64,000 bases of DNA from Phoronis australis (Eukaryota; Animalia; Phoronida): NCBI GenBank assembly GCA_002633005.1, contig NMRA01000295.1:376240-440239 (forward strand), given 5' to 3'. Both the position numbers and the translations under genes were made by a program. Shown piece by piece: positions 11,943-25,165 of the stretch; position 1 is the first letter of the stretch, and each line of letters opens with the position of its first letter. The notes under the pieces were generated by a model. That model searched no databases. It saw only the letters and a list, made by a program, of their open reading frames with translations, and had not been told where the DNA came from.

Positions 11943-14433
11943 TGTATATGAGGCGAATGTTCGACACCAGAGAGTGAATATTTATAGAATATTTCTGGCA
12001 GCGAACAGTGCATCGCTAAAGGTGATGTGGGTTCAGTTTATTCCTAGGTGAAGTACTGGTAAACATAATCCAACTCGGTGGCATAGAACATACTTCGCCT
12101 CCATGGATTGAGTAACATTCAAGTGCTGCTAAGTTGACTTTCTAAACTTATCGCAAATCACAATTTATTTTCACTTTTCCTGATGTTATGAAAACGCAGT
12201 TAAATATTTGTACAAGGCGGCATTTTAGAGATGTTTGGCACAGGGAACAGTATTTATCGTGCTAAGGAGCAAAATTCGACTTGATCGCAATTGGTACGTG
12301 TTTCCACGATTATTAGAAAAATAAGCTCGTGGAAGGCATGTAACCTCGGTAGTTTTTAGGTGAAACTGCACAGAAGCGGCTACAAGTCTGTTGAATACGC
12401 GAGTGTAAATCAACTAGGCAAGTATGTGTGGAGGATCGTTTATTTGCAATTTCAGGTAATTTCCATTAACCACTGAGTCAAGCAAACAACTTGAAATGTT
12501 GGCTCCGAAACCCGAAATGTATGATGTCCAGATAGCACATTTGGCTGAGCCAGTCGAATCTATATCCGTAGATTAGTTTGCGTACGTTCCATGCATCGAA
12601 CAGCAAACGTCAGACGAAGGCGACTGGCCTCCACTTAAAAGTTTAATTACATTATCCCATAGTCAACAGGCTCAACTGTTTAATCTTCGTCAAAAGCCGA
12701 TCTGGGGTATATTTATAGCGCTGCGCAATAATCTTTCAGTCGACTTTGTTAAAATCGATATTTGTAGCTTGCAGCATTGTCATTAAAGATAATTTTAAAT
12801 CAGGAGGGGCCATAGGAAATAGGATGCGCGACACTGGGATTCTGTAACCGGCAAACTCCCATCTCTGGTTCTTTTTATCGGCCTGTTTATCAAGATAATA
12901 TTGGCACCAGAAATAGAAGAGGGAGCCACGCGTCACGACTGTCCGTCAGTGACGTGTTTCCTGGTTGTTGAATTTTTTCTTGATTGATACATGGATAGTC
13001 TGGTGGAGAGGAGTTGTTTTGACTAAACTAACAAAATACAAACTGGAAGGTTCTCGCCTATGAGGGCAGTGACAACTCTGCGCGTGATCGTGAATGGTGG
13101 TAGTGTTTGTGATGGTGAACCAATGACGTTTATCACAGACATTTAACTGTCGACGCGGTACAACAGAAATTCAAGGTCTATGATGAAGTAGGCAATTCAG
13201 AAGAAAATGCACCTATATCAGTGAATCGATAACTGCACCAGATGACCTCAAAATTTGGGATGTGTGGCTCAAACTTTGTGTTTAAACTTAGTGACCTTTA
13301 GCCATAAAACCTGATTGGTTGGTTGAATGTCTAAGAAAGTTATGCCTGTACTTGGCATGTTGTCTGTGCACTGAAGTGGAAAAGTAAGTCTTTGGAACTG
13401 TAGGAGAAATAACATTTTGAAAATCTGATAACCTTTTCACCAATTGGCCCTTTACGGTGCTTAGTGAGTCATAATACATGTAGTAAAATATCAAGAAATT
13501 CAACAAAAACTGTTGACAATGATGAGAATGAGAGACGTCGAGTTGCTTATGCAGTAGGGTGCTAGTCGAAGGAAAAATTCGAAATTCCAGAAGAAAATTG
13601 TACCTAATAACCTGATATGTTCCCCAAATGACTTCAAAGTTTGGGATTGAAAATTGTTTAAATTTACTAATCAAATACTCAAATTTGAAGTTTATAGCTC
13701 AGAATTTATTTCATTCAGCAAACTTTGACCTAGGAAGTCTGATTGGACGCTAGTGAAATCGCTTAGAAAATGAAAGCCTTTAATTGGCACTTTGGCTTAC
13801 ATGTATGCACGGGAGTTGAAAAGCATACGCCCTATCTTTGAAACTAGGACAAATGACACTTTCAAAATTTCATAACTTTTACAACCGACAAATGACCTAT
13901 TCTGGCTTATGTTGGAAAATAAAGAGATATTGTTTCAAAATTTACCTGATGGCTAATGACTTGTGTGAAATTTCGAAGACTGATCTTCAGTTATTTAGCA
14001 GTTATCGAGGTAAAAAAGGTCGGAAAAAGGAGATAAAATTGTACAACACTGTACTCTGCACTGGATCAAGCAGAAAAATAACAAGAAACAAACCAGTTAC
14101 ATGTAGGGTGATTGTTGCGATTTCCTTTAGATTTTTTTCGCAATTTTGACTCTTGTGCGAGATGCCCAGTTTACTTACAGTACGGCATTACACTGCCGAA
14201 GGAGACTTTGTGATTAACTAAAAGGTGTCGCTTTTCAAAGGTGTTCATTTAGTGTCCCGTTAAGTGATCACAAAAGAAGGGATTTCCTTCATTCCGAACA
14301 TTTGCACCGGGATTCAGTGGAGATCTTCTTCAAATCGGACCTTAGTCATGCATACAACGTATTTTGTTGATATTTTATGAATAAGATTATTTTTGACAAA
14401 ATGCAATGATTATATTGGGTATGGAGTAACGTG

Positions 14434-14568
14434 ACGCTAGGACCTAGCTAAAATGTAACCAAAGTCACGTGTTCTCATTCGAAATACACGGCAATATCTC
14501 ACGTAATCCCGCAAAGCCTTACTTTCTAGCGAGGTCCTACACCGTAGCGCTACTGAACGGGAGGCTGG
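14434..14568 (+). mobile_element. MITE family A, left-truncated copy
   Basis: ACGCTAGGACCTAGCTAAAA...AAAGTCACGTGTTCTCATTCGAAATACACGGCAATATCTCACGTAATC...CTGAACGGGAGGCTGG. Confidence 0.78.
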
Positions 14569-15409
14569 GATTATGTGAAAGACGCATCCGTTTGTTGGGT
14601 GGCATTTTATGCTCAATAGTAACAACGAATAAAAAAAAACTATGTTAACAGCAAAAACAGCTGTAATCAAAATAATCATAATTGAGCTATTATTATTATT
14701 ATCATCGTTAATTTGGTTGATGATACAGCCCACGTAGTTGATTTTTCTCATTCATAGCATGTTCACAAGTACAAGTAAACCAAATTTTGTGAACCTTCTC
14801 ATAACGCATACGTCAAAACTGTCGCAAAATCTGGCATTGACCCCAAGAATTTAAATTCTAGGCAGTGCAAGTTGGCCGCTGCTGTACTTTAACTCTACAC
14901 TGCAACTTAGAATTTGATTTTAGCTACGAGGCCATTTGGAGTGATTTTTGCAACGCTATGCTACGAATTGTAGGGATACTTCAGCGTTTGAGATTGTCCC
15001 TCGTTTCTCCCCCTTTCTCCAATTTCCCAATGATTTTATCGCATATTGTTGTCTTCAGAATAAACTTATGATGATTGGGGAATACAGAAGCAGAGTTTTA
15101 CCGTAACAAACACAGTGTTGTACTAGTCGTTCCCAAACCCGCAATCCCAAAGCCCTGTTATAAATCCTGAACTTGGGTCCATATACACCGCACGAGCACC
15201 GAAAAATCTCTGTGCCCGGAGAAAACCACAGCTGGAGTTAAAAACGTAAGCTTCCTTAGCAAGTGTATTTGCTTTTCTAATCAGTGATGTCGTTCTTATC
15301 CTTTGTTTAAAGTTAAATTGGTTACATTGGATGCACTTGATTGGCCAGTTCTGCCAGGTCAGCCGGACAAGACATCGGATTAGTCTGTAAACTGGAAGTC
15401 GTCATCAGT

Positions 15410-15821
15410 GCCGTTTACTGACACTACAAAAGTTGACACGGATCAGCTGACACGGAACAAGATGTTCCAGTGTGTAAACGGGACTGACAGCGGAGCAAAT
15501 TGACACCGCGGTGACAACTTTTGCCACCCATTTGTGAGGTGGGGCAATTTGCGCTCGAACATCTTGCTCCGCGTCAATTATATGTCTAAACGCGAAACTG
15601 GGGCAAGGCGGAAAGAATCATCTCTACTGCGCTTGTGCATACGGGCTCTCTGTCTCTACAACTCCAGCTATTTGAAAACCTGCGCATGTGCATTCCACTC
15701 TCCAGCGTACAACTTACGTCTTGCCACAGTTAATGAAAATGCGTGTGTAAACGGCCACTTAACACCGATCAAGCTGCCCCGTGTCAGTTACGCTGGATCC
15801 AAAGTTGATGTCTAAACGGAC
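15410..15821. mobile_element. Old non-autonomous TIR element, possibly PIF/Harbinger-like
   Basis: CCGTTTAC... at left, ...TAAACGG at right, internal TGTGTAAACGG twice, CTGACACGG/CCGTGTCAG inverted. Superfamily assignment is inference. Confidence 0.4.
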
Positions 15822-18800
15822 CGAGTCAGTTGGCTCAGTCTGTTGACTGTAGGTGGATTTAGCGGAGTCAATCAAGTGCATTCATGCTGCCTTGGAAACT
15901 GAAACTAACCAGGTTCCTCGTCAGAAAACCCAAAATGTGGGAGTTTGGTCAACTGGTGTGAAGTGTTTTTGGAGCCTGTATGGAGTTTGAGGCGCGGGTA
16001 TGAATTTTTACCACAAGTTCGGCTGGCTTGATGCTAGGGTTTAGGGGGACGTAACTGGAATTTAGAATAGTTAGAATAGTCGTAGCATAGTTTCTTGTTG
16101 ACGTTTTGTCCTGTACGATAGCCTCATCCTTGACTGATCAATCAACAAATAGTTGTCGTACAAGAGTTAAATGCTAAGTAGACTCAAGGTTCGGGACTAC
16201 ACTCACTACATGAATTCAATGCCTTAAGTCTTTTATAGAGATAATTTGGTTTGTTAGAGACAAAGTGTTTTAAATTTCTGGTCCGCATTTTGTCGGCAAT
16301 GGGAAATGTATTGGTTATTATTAAAAATCACAAGGTCGCAGCCTTCCACTTCGCTGAAAAAACGAGGTTATTGACCCAACAGAGACAGAATACAAAAACC
16401 AGGTGTAGAGCGTAATCACTAATCAGTGACGTCACGTATTCTTGTCTTGTGCGAATGAAGACAAAACGCTTCCCGTGCAAGTACTCCGTTCAATATTTAT
16501 GCGCGCGTAAAAAGATTCCGAGCGTCAGCTACGTCCGTTTCTTAATGATTATTCTATTTAGGTACTCTCTGCGCTCATTCCCCATTCACGCGTGAAAACA
16601 TCTGACAGTTCGAGGCAGTAAGTCCACGTTGTCTCTGAACTTGTCGTGATTCAACGAGAACATCGTGACGTCATGTGTCCTTGCGCTCCGACACGAAAAC
16701 AATGTTAGCGCAATTCCTGTCAACTAATAGCTTCCCTCGTTCCTAAGAGAAAATAACAGCACCTGTCTTTTTTCCTGTTGTTTTCATTAAATTGTCCTTT
16801 AGTAACATTTTTACGCACTAATAATTCTTTTGCCTCGTACCCAATGCTCTTATTAGCAGCACGCGGGTGGCTTGAGGATTAGGTCGTCGGTACGACGGTG
16901 CTTTGGATTTTAAATGCACCTAAAGGTAATTGAATTAATTGAATAAGTAACTTGGCTAATTTTCAACAACATCTAGGAGAGAATTTAACGCATGGGGAAT
17001 TCCGCAGAAATAAGACTGAACCTGAAGCTACCCTAATATATATTGAGTGAAAGTCGGCTGTCCTTAGGCATTGCTTGACCTGGTTAACGTGTCCTGAGTT
17101 GAGTTTGCGACTACCAGGTGCACACGTGCGCGATCACACATCACTAAATGTGGGAAATAGTTTCAATTGGAACATTTCTTGGAACTGACATCCATTCCCA
17201 TCAAAGTGACGAAATATGTAAGCTGTCCACGCGATCTGAGACTGGCATTTAGAATTTCAGTGCTTGCTGCTGATTTCACGATATTTTTGCTCGTTTCGCT
17301 ACAAGAAAAATATCGAATAATCGAGTATCAAATTGTTGGCCGCGTCTCCCCCTCGGCAGTGTTTAGAATTTCGCTGTGTTCTTGTGCTTGAACGAAGAGA
17401 GCACATACGGAAGAACCGCTCACCCACTTACAGTTATTGCGAGTGCCTTGTGTTACGGAATGTAGCCCTGTTCTAACATGGAGACCCGTCATCGCACTAC
17501 ACGCCACTGCTTTTCATTCATTTACAGATGTTGCTTGTTGGTCAGTAAATATTGCTACTCGTTTTCCTGTGCTTTCCGCCATGTGTAATGGCATAATGGT
17601 TCCCCAAGGACCACGCATGCTCAATCAGTACTCCAGTCACGTTTACTCTCGGCGGCGTAGAGAGTCAGACACACTCGTACACTTCCTTGCGCGCAGACAT
17701 TGGGTAAGCGAAAAGTGATGAACAAACAATGCACAGAGCCAGGAAACAAACCAATGTTTTGAGTCAGGAAGAGCAACGTCGTATTTATCCAACCTGTACA
17801 CTCCTAGCCACCCATTATACCCATCCAAAAGTTTTACCTCCGCTATCCTTCTGTCGCTTTAGCAGGCTCATATTAGAGAGCGTGGGGGGACAGACTAGTT
17901 CGACTTCGACAAACTTTTGCCCGGGCCTCATGTATGCTCCCAAAGTCAGATTTCTTCCTATTGTCACCACACAAGTCTCTCCTGGTCATCTCCAATTTCG
18001 CAATCCCACCCTTGTGTTAACTTTTCAAATTCCGTGGAGGCAGCCACCAGAAACTTGGTGCCCATACTTCAAATGGCAAATTCTTGAAGGGGTTTGTGCT
18101 GGACTTGGGGAGACTTTCTTCACGACCTTTGCTTTTGCTCCTGCAACCTGTAGAAAGGCAGATTAAAGCGTTTTCAATGCACTCGTAGTTTTATTTGGTT
18201 AATATTAAGTTCTTTATTCTTGATTTGTGTCACTAACGCTATTTGTGAGCTTCCCCCCCAATTCGTTGAATCTGTATCTGTCTATGTTTTGTAAATACGT
18301 GATAGTATGCAGAATGTGGCCACAAAAATGTCATTATTTTAATGCTTTTCCATTAAACTACCCACGCTATTTAATTTGCTTTATCTCTATGAAAGTTGTT
18401 TGGGTGTGATTTTAGACAAAGATACGTGCAAAGGACGTACGTGTATACCGAACTCATGTCACAGCATTAGCTAAATACTGAATTTGCGGACTATTAACTA
18501 GAAAACTGTTGTACATCTCACGATATTTTTTAAAAGCCAAGTATGAACCACGTTCTGGTGTTGAGACATAAACTTTCCAAAAGCGTATTTGTGTTTCCAA
18601 AGCAATGTTTTGGCGTTTTCATTCTTTGTTTGAATTGAAAATAGTTCCAATAAATCGCCTGGAATTCCCCTGGTGGTAATATTGCTTCGGTATCTGAAAT
18701 TAACACACAGTGACAAACAACTTAATGCTGGTCTTGTCTCAAGCAGTAACGAACCGTCAAGTTTAGATATCATCTCTAGTCTTAGTACGGAAAAAGCGGA

Positions 18801-21596
18801 GACTGATTCTTTAGCAGCAAACTGTTTTTGACAGAAAGCGCAGGGATTTTGCCCGTTCAATCCTCAGTGCTGCAGGGCATCGTTAACCATCGTGCGACTT
18901 TCGTTTGCAACCCATGTTCGCGGTGCCGTGATAGCGGACTATTGTTGTGTTACCATGTTCCCGCGACCTATTTGGCTGGAATTTTGTAGTTGATTGACGT
19001 GTCAGAGCTATCCACTGCCGGATGAGGGCACTGCACATCTGCTCCTCCTGTACTGTTCACAGTCTCAATTTTGAGAAAGGTCATCTAGTACATTAACACC
19101 CTGGTGGTCGAACACGTCATCATTCATATCATGCACTTTCGTTAATTATGCAAAATTATTCGAAGCCCATTCTGAATAAATTCCATGCTTGCTGGACAAC
19201 AACATCGATTTTCAGGCCAAAACTACTGTCTTTGTACTAGACGATACATTCCTACGCGGCTACTATAAATCCCTAAGACATAATACGATTGCTCTGTTTT
19301 AAGAAGTCAAAGTGGAAAATAGGGAAAAGTTGAAATTGACATCACTAAATATAACAGCCAAGGTTGCACTAGGCTTCAATTTCATAGAGATTTGCGCTCA
19401 AAATTCAACTATTCTACCACCAACACACGCTCTTGTTTACCCGACTGCAATGGTTAATATTAAGCTCTCAGAAATCACGACTTGAATTTCGTGCCGGTAT
19501 GCACCTTTCCAGCAAAACAGTCAGCAAGCTTGTATTAATTTGTTGTAAAAAGACGTGCATTTTAGAATGTGATAACGTGGGGAAAGGCTAATGAATTTTT
19601 ATAAGCATCAATGTACTACATTAGTGTAGATTAGTTGGGGATACCTGAAAAACTTCGTGCTGTGCAAGAAGTACTTATGGTCGACATATATCCTGAAAAA
19701 TACAGCCCGTGTCTCAAGCTCAGGGTCGCGTTCCGTAGACACAAGACACTCGCAAACCACTTGCATTGAGAAATTTTTGTTCATGGAACGGAAACAGTTA
19801 ATTCGATTTCACTATTCAACAATCCAGCAGCCTAACAGACCCGTCACGTCATTTTGTAGGTTTCTTAGGAGGCGCTGTACACTAGTTCTCTCTGGGGAGT
19901 TTTGCCAGGCCACGTTACTAGACTTGATACCTTTCTTCCACTCTGCCGAAAACTCTATGAACAAAATGATAAGTTATTAGTCGTTTCCCATCAAATCCAC
20001 AGAAACCTTTTTCTCTGTCATACCTTTGACTCTATCTTTCACTTCCAAGCAAAAGGGGAAGCGAGACTGAAAACGTCGGAAAAACACAAAAATTGAGTCT
20101 TAGCCCTCAAACCGCCAACTTCCATTGTTCGACACGAGCCAATACTAGAATTTGGAAGCCAATTTACTACATATTCCAAAAATGTGGTCCAAAAGTATTG
20201 CCATACAATCAAATTTTCCAAAGCTGGGTTATTTCAGAGGGCTGAAATCACAGCAGATTCCTCAGTGGCTGAGCAGTGATGTAGCAATGCTACAGGTTGC
20301 CGGCATTTGATCGAACAGTGCATCTGCAGATGAACTAGTGGACTTTTCTCATTCACAGCGTGTTCACAAATACAAGCAAAGCCAGATTCATTGAACCTGC
20401 GTGTAATTCATTGGCCTCCATCGAAATTGCCGCCAAACCTGGCCTGTCTCAAGAAATTCAATTCTAGGCGGTGCAAATCGATCTGCTGTAACTGTACTAT
20501 GCAACCCAAGGTTCCGATGGTAATCTCGAAACACTTGCCTTGCACACGCGTGATTTTGTCTGGATATGTGTCTACGGAACGCGCCCTCTCAGCTTATACT
20601 TTTAGCAGTATGCCTCAAGTACTTTGTGAAAGAGTTCATTGGCTCAGATCAGAGGAAAATTCGTCCCTTTGGCCTTCCTCATGTCACAGTACATTTCCCG
20701 CCAAAACGTCTGCGTAACTACCTCACGGTGGTTTTCCGAAATACCAGGGAGTTCACGTTTTGATTACGGCGACGGGACGTGAAACATTAAGGGGAAATCC
20801 CATCGCTGTAGACGGGTTCTTGGAAAACCCCCTTACGATGCTGTAAGATGAAAGAGTTTTTAATCTTTAACCAGGCACTGTGGTTTAAAAATGGGTGGAG
20901 TTCTGAAATTGGCCGTACCTTGTAATATAATACAAATTGGGAATCAATCTTCAGAATTAAGGAAACGGTTTTTCAAAGTAGGTCTTTATTGCCTTGTTAT
21001 TAACTACCGTATAAACTGTATTTTAACGCTCTTGACGTCTTCACCGCCAAGTTATCTAATTGTTGTCTTGAGGTAGTATTTACATACGGCAAACCGCAAA
21101 GCTTCTTACTACTAATTAATAACGCTAACAAATCTCTAAAACAATTAGTTAAATGAGGCAAAACTAGCTGACTAATAGCCTAACAGTAGTCGTTAGTGGT
21201 CAATATAAGCGCATGTTTACGTCTGTGGTTTGAGCCCATCAGGACAAGAACGAGGGATTACATTTGTAATCTCCTAATGAGGTTTCAAGTAATAGCCTTC
21301 CCTCTTGATTCAACTCCTCGCTGGTTAAAATTATAAAGGTCCCAAGCAACTACTAATTAGCGCAACTTACGTGTGCTAACATACTTTGACAAAACGCGCA
21401 AGCGCGTAGCAGTTCTATAAAGCATGGGCTTCGTAATGTTGACCACTCGTGTCACACCAGCTTCCGATTTTCCACATAAATTCGTTGACATTATGATCAG
21501 ACAAAGTAAAAACTACTATTTCAAGAAACCCCATGGTGATCGGGTGCGGCGGTTTCACATCATACCACCGCCATGGTATTTTGCACTTGGAGAGCG

Positions 21597-21754
21597 GACC
21601 GGGCGTGTGTTCATTAACGCTAGGACCTACGCTATGACCTAGCTAAAATCTAAAGTCACGTGTTCTCACTTAAAATACACGGCAATATCTCACGTAATCT
21701 GGCGAAGACTTGCTTTTTAGCGAGGTCCTAGCGTTACTGAACGGGAGTCTGGTC
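21597..21754 (+). mobile_element. ~155-bp MITE family A, full copy
   Basis: TIRs GACCGGGCGTGTGTTCATTAACGCTAGGACCT / AGGTCCTAGCGTTACTGAACGGGAGTCTGGTC; core AAAGTCACGTGTTCTCA..AAATACACGGCAATATCTCACGTAATC shared with two other copies. Confidence 0.8.
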
Positions 21755-24700
21755 TACAATGGAAGCCGTCTCACTTTAAGATGTCATTTCCTTCATTTCG
21801 TGAATTATCATTTGAATCTTTACCGAAAGGTTATTTAGAAATATCAACGAGTTGTGTCTGAACCAATGAAATTTCTTTTAGATGTACAAGTGCTTTAAGT
21901 TCGTGATAAAAAACGATGAGGAAATATCCGTGATAAAATATCTGTCTGAATTGTAAGAGATTTTCCTCTAATAAATAAAGAACGCATTCATATAATGCCA
22001 CTCTAGACAACTTAAACAGCATTTCGCTACTCAATGTTGATTTCGTAACCAAAAGGCATTGGGTTTGAAAAACGTTACCATGCTCACTTGATCGTAAATC
22101 ACTGCTTAATGCTCCGGCAATTCACGCTACAGGTAATGCGTTCTGTAAGTGCTCTATTTTCGAATTCGCAATTGACCTTTCGCTAGGAGTTTGAGTGACG
22201 GCTTAACTGACCAAACACAACGCAGCATTCTTGACACACCTTCGCTTCCAAGTCGCCATTGTACCCAACCAACAAGTCGTTGCCGGGTAAAATTTATTGT
22301 TCGTTTGTCGACATTTCGCAAGGGGAAGAAGCTTGCGATAGGTCAATTATTGTCCATCCCCAATAAAATCCGAAGAGTTTTCTTTGTTGTTCTTGTTGGT
22401 AACAGCCTATTGTGAGGAATATTGTGAGTTTTTTGAAGCAATTTAATTGTACGTTTGAAAAAGCACTTAAAGAAATTATATAGATAGCGCTTAAGAAATA
22501 GAATTTGTTCCATTGAATCTATAAACTAGTGACTCTTTGAGAACAGTGGATACATTTTGCTTTGATACTTCATTTGGTGATGCTTTGATATTATGAGCTT
22601 GCAAAAGCATTTCAGAGGTGTAACTGTAATTGCTTTTGAACAGGTCTAATTGTGGATAAAAGGACTCATTCCTTATCGCCCGTATCTTAAACATGGACTG
22701 TGTTCCTTTTTGACTTAAGAAACCCAGCAGAACAGTTAATGTAATCACGTGCTTCACATTCCGAAAGGCCTTGTGTGTTTTCGTACTGCGCCTCAAACTA
22801 TTCCTACAAGGTATTTCATTTCCGCGCATGTGCGAGTTTCAGTCATGACAACTAGTCACGTGATTCTCAACACACTATCGACTGCGTCGAGATACCCCCA
22901 AAGTCAACAGCATATCAGGAGGCAGATTGAGTATTGAAAATGACGTCCTGTACAAGTTTTGATCTGAGACCTCCTAGGCTAAAACACTAATTTTATTTGA
23001 CTCTTGACCAAATCCCTTTGGTGCTATGATTGAAGTTTGAATAAGCGCATGTACGAAAAACCTCAGAGGAATATTTTAAGATTACGAAAATACCCGATGT
23101 GTTTCGGATGGTCCTCCGCTGGTAATGTAGAGGCGATACCCTCGCGAAGACTCAGGCTTGCGTGGCCTTGTGTTTTCGCTAGTTTCTTGCGTCTACGTAA
23201 CGCAGTCTTGGATTGCATGCACGCTCATGCTAATTGTTTAATTTTTGTTATCACCTGAGATACACCACTGCATGATCTATCCCCTGTCGCAATCATGTGA
23301 CAATAGAGAGATTTCACAGATGGCTGGTAACACGAGCTGAAAAGATTCGTCATCACTCTGTGTAGCTAGGAAGTATCTGTTAATCGTCTGCTTCAAATCA
23401 AGTCTACTAATACACAGGCAGGTAAAGGTATTTGATTTGCCAGCTTCGATACGGTTTTGACGTTTTAAGGAAAGTTTTAAGTCAAGTGTCACTGTTTTAA
23501 CCTTTGAAATATTATCTCTTTGAGTTGGTGACATGAAATCATACATTTGGTTTGAAAGTTTGGGTTTTTGGAGTCGAAATGTACTAAATTAAACCCACTG
23601 TTGGGGGTCACCAAAAACTGTCAGTCTCGAGCATTCAGCGTGGCTACAGCTGTTCACCTAGTATACTGCCTATTTCCCTGACTACTGTGTTCATGAATTG
23701 ATTTAACCATAGCATATTTATGGAGTATCTTTGATTTGACTTCGTCGGTGCGAAATTGACTCAGATGTGCGAAGAAGTAAAAACCTGCATGTGTAGGCAT
23801 ATTTGATAAAAATATAAGACAAAGAAAAGACACACGCCTTCAGCGAGGTACGACCTGGCATGAGATTGTCTTCCAGTGCTCATGATCAGGAGCATAATAC
23901 TGTAATGAGGTTACTGTATTTTATGGCAGGCAACGTTTGGGGATTATATACACGTATCATGCTGGTACATCATAGCAGGTGAGCTAAACCTGATTCCTGG
24001 TAGCCGCACACTTCAGTCCCTTCCCCCACCTCTGCCGCCCTTGGTGCCCTGTTGAATACTTCTGCGTAGTGTTCACAGCCAACAAGTGGCCTGGGTGACG
24101 GACAATGCACAAATTGCAAACCCTTAAAGGGGGATGTCATCCACGGCACTGCTTGTGTTTTTCAAATGCATTGTGGAGCGGTTGTCGGCCATTAAACAGC
24201 CAGGTCATTCACAGATAGCTTGGTGCCGTGTTAACGATACGACGGAAACCACACGCCAGCGTACCATATTAAAAACGGACTCATTGTAATTTCGGCGTGA
24301 TTAAAGCCACCATCACACAAAATAAATTTGAAAATGCATGAAATTAATTCATACATTAGAAAATCTTTTTTTTTTTGATATCACCAGATATTTACGAGCC
24401 GAAATTAACCGTCCTACAATGCATTTGAAAGACGAGAACAGGGGTGTAGATGTAATCCCTCGAACTCACATGGGATGCTGTCCCGCAGTTGTCAAAATGC
24501 AAGTGAGATATCGGAAACAAGAAAGCCCTGTTGGAAACCTATTAACGGTTGCACAATGTGAAAAATAAATACTAGTTCGAGACACTTTGGCCAAATTTGT
24601 CCATTTCCATACGCCGCCCCTAACCCGTTGAGCTATCAAAATGCGTGTTGAGACGTAAAGACTCGGACGTTCTGGGAAGCGTTTGGTATGACTTAGCACA

Positions 24701-25104
24701 CTAAGATCGTATAAACGTACATTTCTGTTATTGTATAAAAACTCAGGTCATGTTTTGCTTCATGTGAATTGTATGTGCACTAACGCGTGTCATTTTCAAT
24801 CATGCGGGTTTTCCACGGTATGTTTACCTTGGTAAAAAATTGGCACAGTGTAAAAGCGCATCGCATAATCTCGAGATTTACTGTTCGACAACAACTGTCT
24901 TGTGAAAATCCCTTGGTGATTGGCTGTACTACTGAAATTGTTGTGCGCACATATAGTGTAGAATGCTGTGAAACCGATTCTGTGTGCAGATAGGAATCTG
25001 TGTCAACTTTAAAGCCTGCCGCACGTATTGATTTCTGGACCCGCTATGCCGCTAGCTCTGAACAATATTCAATTGAAGCCAAAGGTGTGACAAGAATGTA
25101 AACA

Positions 25105-25165
25105 TTGCCTCGATGACACTTCGACTAACTAAGGACTTTATTTAGTCGAAGTGTCCTTGAGGCAA
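25105..25165. repeat. 61-nt near-perfect palindrome/hairpin
   Basis: TTGCCTCGATGACACTTCGACTAACTAAGG-A-CTTTATTTAGTCGAAGTGTCCTTGAGGCAA: 30-nt arms with 2 mismatches and 2 G-U pairs. Confidence 0.88.

Noticed and set aside
24124-24145. Other TTAAAGG starts (also ~6033, 53959, 63188) as Kolobok ends
   Set aside because: No matching inverted partner found in the window.
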